A DNA stretch of 64,000 bases from Gammaproteobacteria bacterium (GTDB taxonomy: Bacteria; Pseudomonadota; Gammaproteobacteria; UBA4575). Positions 1 to 9,073 of the stretch are shown here, one piece after another. The notes beneath the pieces were generated by a model. That model did not search any database. It was not told the origin of the DNA and worked only from the letters and a program-made list of their open reading frames with translations. Numbering within the stretch: position 1 is the stretch's first letter; each line of letters opens with the position of its first letter. The DNA is taken from the NCBI GenBank assembly GCA_965205685.1, contig OZ242174.1, forward strand, positions 5,219-69,218, given 5' to 3'. The position numbers and the translations under genes were made by a program.

Positions 1-761
1 AGCCAGAAGCCGAACGCGAACAGCGAAACAATCGCTGCGGCACCCAGCATCGACAGCGGCTCCGTTGCGTGAACCAGCCACCAGCCTGCGAGGCAGTAGA
101 AAAACGGCACCAGCACATAGTCGCCCCAGACCAGCATCCAGCCGAAACGCTCGCTGACGATGTCCCAGGTATGGATCATGCCGTGTTCGAACTGGAAGTA
201 GTTGAGAACATACAGGAACGTAAAGGCCTGGTAGAGCACCATGGCCAGGGTCAGCCCGCCGTAGGTTTCGTACTGCACGACGGCAAAGGACAGGTTGAAC
301 AGGGCCAGCCCGATCAGGGAGGGCCGGTAACTGAACAGCTTCAGGTCCACCCCGAGCCAGCTCGGGTTGAGTTCGACGCCGAAGAAAAAGCCTCGCCACA
401 ACCCCGGGGATGGTTCCTGGGTCCTCACCCCTCGCCAGTACAGCCAGACGGACAGGGCGAATGCGAATACGTTGGCCGCTACGAACAGGGCACCAAAGTG
501 AGTATAGAGCGCAGCGAGCGAAAACCAGCCCTGCATCTGGGCCATGCCTGCTACGATCACGGTCAACAAGAACAGCAGGAAGCCGTTGAGCTTGTACGTG
601 TTTACCTGGCCCGCCAGCTGCGGTCCGGTGATGCGATGCCCGGGCAACAGAATCGAGCCTGCGAACAGGGCACCGATAAACACCGCCAGCATGGTCGTGG
701 CCTCAAGCAGGGTCGCCCCCGACAGCAGAAACGGTTCGCCTGTGAGTTCAGGCAACGGCAC
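1..761 (-). CDS. ERG4/ERG24-family (sterol C-14/C-7/C-24 reductase-like) integral membrane reductase, N-terminal ~250 codons; the 3' part lies beyond the left window edge
   Basis: Absent from the ORF track because it runs off the window. My minus-strand translation reads ...LNYFQFEHGMIHTWDIVSERFGWMLVWGDYVLVPFFYCLAGWW...SMLGAAAIVSLFAFGFW. This matches the sterol-reductase signature (compare human DHCR7 [25 protein letters not shown]). Several hydrophobic segments. Candidate starts are GTG 761, TTG 755 and ATG 692; the first two overlap the Rieske stop. Confidence 0.7.
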   Translation of the reverse strand, partial: MPLPELTGEPFLLSGATLLEATTMLAVFIGALFAGSILLPGHRITGPQLAGQVNTYKLNGFLLFLLTVIVAGMAQMQGWFSLAALYTHFGALFVAANVFAFALSVWLYWRGVRTQEPSPGLWRGFFFGVELNPSWLGVDLKLFSYRPSLIGLALFNLSFAVVQYETYGGLTLAMVLYQAFTFLYVLNYFQFEHGMIHTWDIVSERFGWMLVWGDYVLVPFFYCLAGWWLVHATEPLSMLGAAAIVSLFAFGFW

Positions 762-1845
762 GGCCGTTTTCCGCCTCGCGCGCCAGATACTCCTGCCACT
801 TGCGCACGGTCACGTTCTGGAAGGCCTTGACCACTGGGTTGAACTCGATGGGTGGAGCGTCCCAGTGTTTCTCGTAGCCCAGCTGCTCGGCTTCGACCGC
901 ATAGCGGTCCTGATCCAACAGTGGTGCGATCAGCATGCGGTTCGACAGCTTCAGCACCGTGGCCATGGCAAAACGCGGTATATGGACCGGCAGCAGGGGA
1001 ATCTTCAGTGACTTGAAGTAGAACATGAAGAACACCCGTGTGGTGCGCTCATCGATCGGCAAGACGAACAGCCAGTGCTTGATCGCATCATCGGTGTTGG
1101 ACCACTGGTAAGGGTACTCGAAACACAGGTCCATGTGATTGGTGTCCAGTTGCCGGTGATCGACAAACCGCCCGGAGATACGCCCGCGCCCCACCTTCGT
1201 GTCATAAGCCAGATGCACGTTGTCGCCGATGGTCTCGCAACGCGTCAGGGTAGCGCCTTCAAAGGGACGGTAGCGACGGTGCAGATGAGCGTGTGTGAAA
1301 TCGCTGACGTTGTCGATAATCATGGAGTGGTGCGCGGACCAGGTGAAGCTCAACGGCACACACGCCCAGCGTTCCGGTCCTTCCAGTTCAGGGATGTCCG
1401 GGATCTGGCGTTCCTCGGCACGCTCTGGATTGCCTGGGAACAGCCACACCAGGCCATAACGGACCTTCACGGGATAGGCCCGGATGGAGGGCTTCGGAAG
1501 ACCGCCCTTGCTGGCATCATGAATGATGTCGACCCGGCGGCCCTCCTGATCATACTCCCAGCCATGGTAGGCGCATACCAGCTTGCAGCCCTGCACATCA
1601 CCCAGGGAAAGCTTGATCTGGCGATGCGCACAGCGGTTCTCAAGCGCATGGAATGAGCCATCGTTCGAGCGATACAGTGCAATCGACCGTTTCCAGAAGA
1701 TGATCTCGACTACGGTGCCCGGCTTGATGTTTCGCACCTCCTCGACCGCATACCAGTAATCCGGGTCGAGTCCGGTGGCGCGCACCTGCTGGCGCAGGTT
1801 GGTGGCCTGCTCAAAGCCCGGAGGCGGGTCCAACCTCGCGATCAC
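748..1845 (-). CDS. Rieske [2Fe-2S] non-haem iron oxygenase (SdmA / KshA / Neverland-like class)
   Basis: 365-aa ORF. Rieske motif CAHRQ-x17-CAYHGW and mononuclear iron motif DNVSDFTHAHLH. The GTG start shares the tetranucleotide GTGA with the stop of the upstream SDR gene. Confidence 0.85.
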   Translation of the reverse strand: MIARLDPPPGFEQATNLRQQVRATGLDPDYWYAVEEVRNIKPGTVVEIIFWKRSIALYRSNDGSFHALENRCAHRQIKLSLGDVQGCKLVCAYHGWEYDQEGRRVDIIHDASKGGLPKPSIRAYPVKVRYGLVWLFPGNPERAEERQIPDIPELEGPERWACVPLSFTWSAHHSMIIDNVSDFTHAHLHRRYRPFEGATLTRCETIGDNVHLAYDTKVGRGRISGRFVDHRQLDTNHMDLCFEYPYQWSNTDDAIKHWLFVLPIDERTTRVFFMFYFKSLKIPLLPVHIPRFAMATVLKLSNRMLIAPLLDQDRYAVEAEQLGYEKHWDAPPIEFNPVVKAFQNVTVRKWQEYLAREAENGRAVA

Positions 1846-2987
1846 GGCGGGCTCCCCTCAGAGGCGATGGAAATGTCCTCACCGGAGACGGGGTCTTGCA
1901 CCGCTCGCAGGGCTTCCTCGCGCGGGGGATTCGCCAGCGGGTTCTGGATCGCACCGCGGTGATAGTGGAACGCGTACGCCTGGTGTACTGCATCACGGAT
2001 GCTGGTAGGACAGTAGCCAAGCTCGCGCTTTGCCTTGCCGGTGTCCGCGTGGCGGCACTTTTTCAGCAGGCGGATGGCACCGGGCGTGAAGCGCTGCGGA
2101 AAGCTCGGGTGAAAGCGGCTGAGATAAAAGCTCGCCACTTCCGAGAAGGCAAGCATCATGTGCGTGGGGATGCGCCGGCCGGGCCGCGAGACGCCGGTGA
2201 CCTCCTCGTACAGGTCGAGAATCTCGGAGATCGTCTTGTATTCGCTGCTGAAAATGTACTTCTCGCCGGCGCACCCGTGCGCCATGCACAGCAAGTGTCC
2301 TTCCACGATGTCACGCGCGGCAACAAATTCAAATCCACCATCCACGTAGGCACGCAACTTGCCGTTGGTGTAGTCGCACAGGGTTCTGCCAAGGCGCGAG
2401 GGGAAATAGTCGGCACCCCCGATCACTGCACAGCAGGTGGCGACCATGACGTCCTGTCCCTGGGCCGCGGCACGCCAGCACTCGTGCTCGACGAGCGCCT
2501 TGCTGCGCTCGTACGGCATGGTGCGTTCCATGGGATAGAACTGCATCGTCTCGTCGCTGGGCAAGGACGGATTGTCCAGATCGTATCCGACTGCACTGAA
2601 CGAGCCCGTCACCACCACCCGTCCGGCCCCGGTTTCGCGCGCAGCCTGCAGCACGTGGCGGGTGCCCAGCACATTGCATTCGTAGATGTCACGGCGGTAG
2701 GCATGATTGCCCTCGATGGTGGAGATCATGGCCGCGACGTGATAGACGCCCTGGCAACCTTCAAGCGCACGCCGGGTGTCGTCGAGATCACGGATGTCCC
2801 CGTAGACGCGTTCCACCTCCAGCCCTTCTATGGCCTCATTGTTGTCCCCGTGTCGGAGTAACACGCGCACCCGGACCCCGTCCTCAAGCAGGCGCAGCAC
2901 GAGGTTGGCGCCAACGTGCCCGGCTGCACCGGTCACGAATACCGGCGGCGGCGAGGAACCATTGGAGGTGTTCAGTCCTGAAGTCAT
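1842..2987 (-). CDS. NAD(P)-dependent epimerase/dehydratase-family extended SDR (3beta-HSD / dihydroflavonol reductase / HpnA-like)
   Basis: ORF 1842..3143. The internal ATG at 2987 gives MTSGLN...VFVTGAAGHVGANLV (Rossmann GxxGxxG) and a YxxxK-type site (YERSK). The upstream 52 codons look like a spurious extension. Confidence 0.85.
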   Translation of the reverse strand: MTSGLNTSNGSSPPPVFVTGAAGHVGANLVLRLLEDGVRVRVLLRHGDNNEAIEGLEVERVYGDIRDLDDTRRALEGCQGVYHVAAMISTIEGNHAYRRDIYECNVLGTRHVLQAARETGAGRVVVTGSFSAVGYDLDNPSLPSDETMQFYPMERTMPYERSKALVEHECWRAAAQGQDVMVATCCAVIGGADYFPSRLGRTLCDYTNGKLRAYVDGGFEFVAARDIVEGHLLCMAHGCAGEKYIFSSEYKTISEILDLYEEVTGVSRPGRRIPTHMMLAFSEVASFYLSRFHPSFPQRFTPGAIRLLKKCRHADTGKAKRELGYCPTSIRDAVHQAYAFHYHRGAIQNPLANPPREEALRAVQDPVSGEDISIASEGSPP

Positions 2988-3259
2988 TGGACGGGCTGCA
3001 TGCGAGTCTAGAAGATCCTGGTTTTCCTGCTTTGCACAATCCGGTCGAGGTGGGTGCCTGGCCACGGCCCTGCGTTCCAAGATACACGCGTATGGTACCG
3101 CTACTGGTCTACCACTGACAATAGCGCGTCCCGTGTAAGCCACTGATTCATAACAATGGCAGGGCGAACTGCACGGACATCACCAACCGTGATGGAATTC
3201 CGTTGGAGGCGGCCGCCAAGCGTAGTAGAGTAGCAGCCTTTGATTTGCAGGTCGTAAGG

Positions 3260-4618
3260 ATGCCAAGGAAAGTTGCAATTATCGGTGCAGGGGTCTCGGG
3301 GCTGGGCGTGGCCTGGACCCTGCACCACAATCCCGAACGGTTCGATTTTCGAGTTTACGAGGCCCAGTCGCGTGTTGGCGGCAACGCCATCACGGTGGAC
3401 ATGCCGCAGGAGGATGGCAGTTCGATTCCGTTCGATATTTCCGTCACCGCCTGCATCCCCTCGGCCTATCACCATATCGTCCTGCTCATGCAGCAGTACG
3501 GCATCGATCTGGTCGATACCCGTTTCAGCTACAGCGTGAAATACAAGGGCGGGGTCTACGCGCACGATTTCGACTCCGATATCCGCAGGCAGTTGCTGCC
3601 TGAAATTGAGAAGTTCCAGAAGCTTCTGAGGCGCCTGAAATGGTTCGGCAGGCTCAACCGCTCAAGGTCTGCCCTGCTCAATGCGCTCAACCCGTTCAAC
3701 TACGTCAGCATGGGCACGTTGCTCAACCTCGGCAAATTCTCTGGGGACTTCCGCTACAAGATCCTCAAGCCCATGTTCGTCAACTTCCTGATGGCCACCA
3801 ACGTCTTCGACATGCCTGCAGCCCTGTTTTCCCGTTACCTGGAGTTCTTCGACATTGAAACTGCCACACCGATGCAGTCTTGGGACCAGGGTACACGACG
3901 CATCTACGAAAACCTGTCGGCGAAGTTCCAGGACAAGATCTATCTGGAGCGACCGGTGCACAAGGTGTACCGGCGCGAGAACGAGGTCGTCGTCGAGGAC
4001 GAGAACGGGAAAAGAGAAACCTACGATGACGTGGTGTTCGCGTGCAATGCGAACCAGTCGCTGATGATGCTGGACCAACCGACCTATCTGGAGAGCTGGC
4101 TGCTGTCCTCGGTCCGTTACGAGAGCGAACTGCATAACCATACGATCGTGCATTCGGATGCCTCGGTGCTGCCGGACACGGAGGTCAGGGAACTCGATAC
4201 CCGCAGCAACCACATCGAGCAGTACGGGGTGCGCCCGGACAATTACGAGATCACCTACATCATGCACAACCAGCAGCCCTGGGCAAAACGCTCGGACAAG
4301 CCCTGCCTGGTGACCTACAACCCGATCAGCCGTATCGATGAGGACAAGATCATCAAGCGGTGGTGGTTCCAGCACATCGTGCATGATGTGCGCCAGGTGG
4401 CTCTGCTCATCCTGATGTTTCGCTTCATCCAGGGCAAAAGGCGAACCTGGCACTGCGGCGCACACACGCTGATCAACAGCCAGGAGACCTGTTTCGTGAC
4501 CGGACTGGCCGCAGCAAGGCAACTCGGTGCAGACTACCCGTTCCAGGATGCCGAGGCGAGGCAGTGGTTCAACTTTTACGGCCGCATGATGTACGGCTGG
4601 CGCTTCAAGAAAGCCTGA
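3260..4618 (+). CDS. FAD-dependent oxidoreductase, amine-oxidase / COG2907-like
   Basis: ORF 3203..4618. The ATG at 3260 gives MPRKVAIIGAGVSGLGVAW...YEAQSRVGGN, a dinucleotide-binding fold typical of flavin amine oxidases. Divergent from the SDR operon. Confidence 0.8.
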   Translation: MPRKVAIIGAGVSGLGVAWTLHHNPERFDFRVYEAQSRVGGNAITVDMPQEDGSSIPFDISVTACIPSAYHHIVLLMQQYGIDLVDTRFSYSVKYKGGVYAHDFDSDIRRQLLPEIEKFQKLLRRLKWFGRLNRSRSALLNALNPFNYVSMGTLLNLGKFSGDFRYKILKPMFVNFLMATNVFDMPAALFSRYLEFFDIETATPMQSWDQGTRRIYENLSAKFQDKIYLERPVHKVYRRENEVVVEDENGKRETYDDVVFACNANQSLMMLDQPTYLESWLLSSVRYESELHNHTIVHSDASVLPDTEVRELDTRSNHIEQYGVRPDNYEITYIMHNQQPWAKRSDKPCLVTYNPISRIDEDKIIKRWWFQHIVHDVRQVALLILMFRFIQGKRRTWHCGAHTLINSQETCFVTGLAAARQLGADYPFQDAEARQWFNFYGRMMYGWRFKKA

Positions 4619-4690
4619 ACTGAAATGAGGCCAAGGCGGCCCGGAGGGCCTTCGGTAGGCTGGCCGAAGAATTTGTGTAACCATAAGGCT

Positions 4691-5827
4691 ATGGGCGACA
4701 CAAAAACTCAATTCTCTGCTCTGCGGGAGCCTCTGGATGTGATTCCATCCGAACTGGCAGCCCCGTCTGATTACGAGCGGCTTGCCTCCGAATTCATCGG
4801 GGCTGCGACCCTGGCACAAATTGCTGGCGGCAGCGGTGGCGAGCAATCCTTGCATGCAAACCTTCGGGCACTGGCAGACATCGAGCTGCACAGCCGAATT
4901 CTACAGAACCTCAAGGAAGCCTCAACGCGGGTTACGCTGCTCGGGCAGCCATTTCGGCACCCCGTGCTGCTCGCACCGGTGAGCGCACAAACCCTGGTGC
5001 ACCCTCAAGGAGAACTTGCCACTGCCGCAGGTGCCGCAGAACAGGAGGCAGGGCTCGTCGTCAGCACCCTAGCCTCCAAGCCTATGGAGGAGATCGCTGC
5101 ACAAACCGATGCGCCAAAGTGGTTCCAGCTCTACATTCAGCCTTCCCGCGAGCACACCCGGGCGTTGATTGACCGTGCAGAAGAAGCAGGCTTCGGCGCC
5201 CTCATGGTGACCCTGAACGCACCCATTCAGGCCCCCGTCTATCGCGCATTGAGAGCCGGGTTTGTCCTTCCCGATCAAGCCCGCCCGGCAAACCTGACCG
5301 ATTCAGCCCCCCGGCCGCAAGCCGTGCTTGAGCCTGATCAAAGCCCGGTTTTCCAGGGCGTGATGAGCGAGGCACCGGGCTGGGACGAGCTGGCCTGGGT
5401 ACTTGAACAGACCTCGCTGCCCACGATTGCAAAGGGGGTGACGCACCCGCAGGATGCCAGACGCCTGGTCGACATGGGCATCGACTGCATTGCAGTGTCT
5501 AACCACGGTGGCAGGGCTCTGGATGCGATGCCGGCCAGCATTCATTGCCTGCCCGAGATCCGCGAGGCCGTCGGTGACGATTTTCCGCTGCTCATGGATG
5601 GTGGGATTCGAAGTGGATACGACGTGTTCAAGGCCATTGCCATGGGTGCCGATGCCGTGATGATTGGTAGACTGCAAATCTATGCACTGGCTATAGCGGG
5701 TCGCCTGGGCGTGGCACACCTCATCAAGCTGGTTCGCAACGAGCTGGAATTCGCCATGGCACTGTCCGGGTGTGCATCGATTGAAAACATCGGCCGGGAG
5801 TGTCTTTTTGCAAGGACAAGCCTCTGA
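4691..5827 (+). CDS. FMN-dependent alpha-hydroxy-acid oxidase/dehydrogenase (glycolate / L-lactate oxidase family)
   Basis: ORF 4625..5827 with an ATG at 4691. Family motifs: KWFQLY, SNHGGRALD, DGGIRSGYDVFKAIAMGA. Confidence 0.85.
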   Translation: MGDTKTQFSALREPLDVIPSELAAPSDYERLASEFIGAATLAQIAGGSGGEQSLHANLRALADIELHSRILQNLKEASTRVTLLGQPFRHPVLLAPVSAQTLVHPQGELATAAGAAEQEAGLVVSTLASKPMEEIAAQTDAPKWFQLYIQPSREHTRALIDRAEEAGFGALMVTLNAPIQAPVYRALRAGFVLPDQARPANLTDSAPRPQAVLEPDQSPVFQGVMSEAPGWDELAWVLEQTSLPTIAKGVTHPQDARRLVDMGIDCIAVSNHGGRALDAMPASIHCLPEIREAVGDDFPLLMDGGIRSGYDVFKAIAMGADAVMIGRLQIYALAIAGRLGVAHLIKLVRNELEFAMALSGCASIENIGRECLFARTSL

Positions 5828-5969
5828 ACCCCATCCATGCTATCAACCATAGTTAGACGTTGGCAGATTTCGCGTTTCAGTTAACCTGAAATTCTTCCAC
5901 AATTCCGATTCTGAATTTCAAGGGTCATGTGTCCCCAGCCTTCAGCTTGCTGAGGATAACCGTACGTAG

Positions 5970-7862
5970 CTAGCTGCCCATCAGCTGGTCCCTATCATGG
6001 GAAACAGCCACTATGGCCGGACGCGGTGGCATGCTGGCATCAAAATCAGGCCATCGTGTCGAGGGGGTATAGAAACTCGACCCTTCACCGGGGTGTTGTA
6101 CGGAACAGAACATCGTTTTGTGATCCGGTGTGAAGCACGGGCTGCAGATCTCCGCCCCGCGGGGAGCACGCAGAAAATGGCGAGATCGGGCACGATGGCT
6201 CCCTTGGGTGCCGCTGACCCATATACCATCTGCTACGCCTTGTTTCCCAAAGCCGTCGGTTGCAATCCACAGATGACCGGAGCGATCGAACGTGCCGTTA
6301 TCCGGACAGGAAAACCAACCCTGTTCACTGATGTCCGGGTGATAGCGGGCCTCGTCCATCGGGCTTTTCGGGTCACCGGCAAGTATGAAAATCTCCCATG
6401 TGAACTCTGGGGCGGTGTGATCACCGACGGGCGCAATGAATTCAAGGATGTGTCCATGGCGATTGAATCCCCTCGGGTTGGCAGGATCGTCTGACAGCGG
6501 CTCACGCATCACGTTGTTCGTGAGGATCGCAAAGACGTGGCCCGTGATCGGGTTGACCTTGATCTCCTCGGGCCGGTCCATCGGGGTCGCTCCTGCAAGG
6601 TCTGCCGCCTTGCGCAGATCGATGACCACGTCCGCCTGGCTGGAGAAACCGTTTGCCGGCGTACAGGCACCCTGTCCCCATACCAGGGGATGCCAGATGA
6701 GCGTACCCCCTTCGGCGAACTCGGCCACCGACAGCTCGCCTCCATCCAGCAAGGTGCCGTTATGCTCGCTATCTCCCGGGCGATAGCGGTGCTTGCTGAC
6801 GAACCGGTAGATGTACTCGAAGGCCTGATCATCACCCATGTACACCACCACCCGTCCGTCCGGATTAATGACCACATCGCAGCCCTCGTGCTTGCAGCGT
6901 CCAAGCGCCGTTCGTTTCATCGGCACGGATTCCGGGTCGTACGGGTCGATCTCGACGATCCAACCGGCGTGCATTCCGGCCTGCGGGTGCAGGTCCAGGT
7001 TCCAGTGTTCGTGAAACATTCCCCAGGCCGAGAGGGCGACGTCGCTGCCGTGCATGCCAAAGCGCTTGTAACTCCTGATCTCATCGGTCAGCCTTGCCTC
7101 GCCCATGAAGTAAAACTGCACATTTTCTTCTGCCGTGAGTACCGTACCCCACGGGGTGATCTGTCCGGCACAGTTGCCGAACGTGCCCATGGATCCCACA
7201 CCCTCGGGAGAGAAAGCGGTCTTGAGCCTGTGGTGGCCACGGGCCGGACCGGAGAATCGCATTCCAGTCAGCGGTGTGATGCGCCGGTTGTATCCAGAGG
7301 CAAGGTTGGTCTTCCAGACACCCGCTTGCCGATATACCTCGATCACGGACAAGCCGTGTGCCTGCATCTCGATATCCACCTGTTCGCGACTCAGGCCAAA
7401 GGGGTCGGGTGCGCCCGGGTGCATCATGGCACTGCTCGCATACTCGTGGTTGACCGCCAGGAGACCGGATTTTGATGAGTGGGGGGCGCCCTGCAAGGGG
7501 AGCCAGGCGAGAAAATCATTGTTGTATCCGAATTGCCTGGCCTGGGCCTCGGGCGTTTGCCGGTATGGATCAAAGGTCGGGGCATCACCAAACAGGGGAT
7601 CGCCCCAGGCGAGCACGACCTGCCAGGCATAGCCTTCCGGCACATGCAGGGTGTCATCGAGCCCGTGGGACAACTCCTTGAACGAAGGTGAAGACTCCAT
7701 TCCCGAGGCCAGTGCCTGGCCGAGTAATGTCGATTGTGCACCGGCGAGCGCGGAGCCTTTCAGGAAGGTGCGCCGTGCGATACGACGCTCTAGGATTTCA
7801 CGAAACGGTGTCGAGCGATGTTCGCGCGGTACCGGGAAATCATCCACATCCAGACTGCTCAT
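5970..7862 (-). CDS. phoX: PhoX-type alkaline phosphatase (DUF839) with Tat signal
   Basis: 630-aa ORF. Twin-arginine signal RRTFLKGSALAGA, AVNHEY motif, beta-propeller-like length. Confidence 0.8.
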   Translation of the reverse strand: MSSLDVDDFPVPREHRSTPFREILERRIARRTFLKGSALAGAQSTLLGQALASGMESSPSFKELSHGLDDTLHVPEGYAWQVVLAWGDPLFGDAPTFDPYRQTPEAQARQFGYNNDFLAWLPLQGAPHSSKSGLLAVNHEYASSAMMHPGAPDPFGLSREQVDIEMQAHGLSVIEVYRQAGVWKTNLASGYNRRITPLTGMRFSGPARGHHRLKTAFSPEGVGSMGTFGNCAGQITPWGTVLTAEENVQFYFMGEARLTDEIRSYKRFGMHGSDVALSAWGMFHEHWNLDLHPQAGMHAGWIVEIDPYDPESVPMKRTALGRCKHEGCDVVINPDGRVVVYMGDDQAFEYIYRFVSKHRYRPGDSEHNGTLLDGGELSVAEFAEGGTLIWHPLVWGQGACTPANGFSSQADVVIDLRKAADLAGATPMDRPEEIKVNPITGHVFAILTNNVMREPLSDDPANPRGFNRHGHILEFIAPVGDHTAPEFTWEIFILAGDPKSPMDEARYHPDISEQGWFSCPDNGTFDRSGHLWIATDGFGKQGVADGIWVSGTQGSHRARSRHFLRAPRGAEICSPCFTPDHKTMFCSVQHPGEGSSFYTPSTRWPDFDASMPPRPAIVAVSHDRDQLMGS

Positions 7863-7965
7863 TTTCTATCGAGCTCCCCGGGGTTGCAGGGCAATAAACG
7901 ATGGCTGATTGTAGCAGGCCTTTGCTGTAGGCCCGTGACAGGATTGCTGGCGGACCGTTTGCAGG

Positions 7966-9066
7966 TCAGGCGGAACTCGGCAGGTCCGGAAATGCGCTGG
8001 CCACCCCTGCATGGGTGATTTTACCGCCATGGAGATTGAGAGCCTCTCGCACGCCGGCTTCATACCCGAGAAAACCCTCAAGCCCGAGTCCGGCCAGCTT
8101 GCGGATATAGGGCAGCGTAGCGTTGCAATATGCCTGGGTGCTGGTGCGGCCTACCGCACCCGGCATGTTAGGGACACAATAGTGCACGATGTCATCGATC
8201 ACGTATACCGGATCGCTGTGAGAGGTGCGCCGGCTGGTCTCGAAACACCCGCCCTGATCGATGGACACATCCACGAGGACGGCACCGCGCTTCATCTCAC
8301 CCAGCATTGCGCGGTTGATCAGCCTCGGTGAGCGTGCACCGGGTATCAGCAAGGCACCGATGATCAGGTCCGCCTGCACGGCGTACTGGTGCACAGCATG
8401 GGGATCGCAGTAGATAGTCGTGACATTGTCCGGCATGACCTCATCGAGGTGCCTGAGTCTTCCAATATCGATATCCATGATGGTGACGTTGGCACCGAGC
8501 CCGGCTGCCACCCGTGCGGCGTTGGCGCCCACCACGCCAGCACCCAGCACCAGCACATTGGCCGGGGCCACACCAGCCACCCCGCCAAGCAGGATGCCGC
8601 GTCCCATCATCGGGCGCTCCAGGCATTTCGCACCTTCCTGGATCGACATCTTGCCGGCCACCTCGCTCATGGGTTTGAGCAGCGGGCGCTCACCTCTCGG
8701 ATCGCCCAGCGTCTCGCAGGCCAGCGCCGAGATATTTTTTTCAAGGCAGGTCTCGACCAGAGGTCTTGAGACCGCCAGATGGAAATACCCGAAGACCATC
8801 AAGGAGTTCGCGTAGTGCCCGATCTCGGACATCTGTGGCTCCTTGACCTTGAGCAGCAACTCGCATTCCTGGTGGATGGTCTCGGCCGAGTCCACGATGC
8901 GTGCACCGGCCTTTTTGTATTCCTCGTCCAGATAGCCGCTGCCCTTGCCGGCCAGGGTCTGCACCCACACCTCGTGGCCATCGTCGACCAGCAACTGGGC
9001 ACCGACCGGCAGCAACGACACCCGGTACTCGTCGACCATGATCTCCTTCGGGACTCCTATCCTCAT
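7966..9066 (-). CDS. ald: alanine dehydrogenase
   Basis: 366 aa. N-terminus MRIGVPKEIMVDEYRVSLLP and NAD fold VLGAGVVGANAA are typical of Ald. Confidence 0.9.
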   Translation of the reverse strand: MRIGVPKEIMVDEYRVSLLPVGAQLLVDDGHEVWVQTLAGKGSGYLDEEYKKAGARIVDSAETIHQECELLLKVKEPQMSEIGHYANSLMVFGYFHLAVSRPLVETCLEKNISALACETLGDPRGERPLLKPMSEVAGKMSIQEGAKCLERPMMGRGILLGGVAGVAPANVLVLGAGVVGANAARVAAGLGANVTIMDIDIGRLRHLDEVMPDNVTTIYCDPHAVHQYAVQADLIIGALLIPGARSPRLINRAMLGEMKRGAVLVDVSIDQGGCFETSRRTSHSDPVYVIDDIVHYCVPNMPGAVGRTSTQAYCNATLPYIRKLAGLGLEGFLGYEAGVREALNLHGGKITHAGVASAFPDLPSSA

Positions 9067-9073
9067 AACGGCA

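Noticed and set aside
69-1011. Plus-strand ORFs 69..830 and 544..1011 at the left edge
   Set aside because: They are antisense to the ERG4/ERG24-like gene and the Rieske gene. Their Arg/Pro/Gly-rich translations carry no motifs, whereas the minus strand carries a strong family signature.
1896-2861. 321-aa plus-strand ORF inside the SDR gene
   Set aside because: It is antisense to a gene with clear Rossmann and SDR motifs, and is a GC-rich shadow frame.
3662-4891. 409-aa minus-strand ORF antisense to the FAD oxidase and FMN oxidase genes
   Set aside because: It overlaps two well-supported plus-strand genes, spans their intergenic gap, and has a shadow-ORF composition with no recognisable family.
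7863-7965. Possible Pho box upstream of phoX
   Set aside because: Only one good half-site (CTGTCAC, minus strand) is present. The expected second 7-bp repeat 4 bp away is poorly matched, so I do not annotate it.
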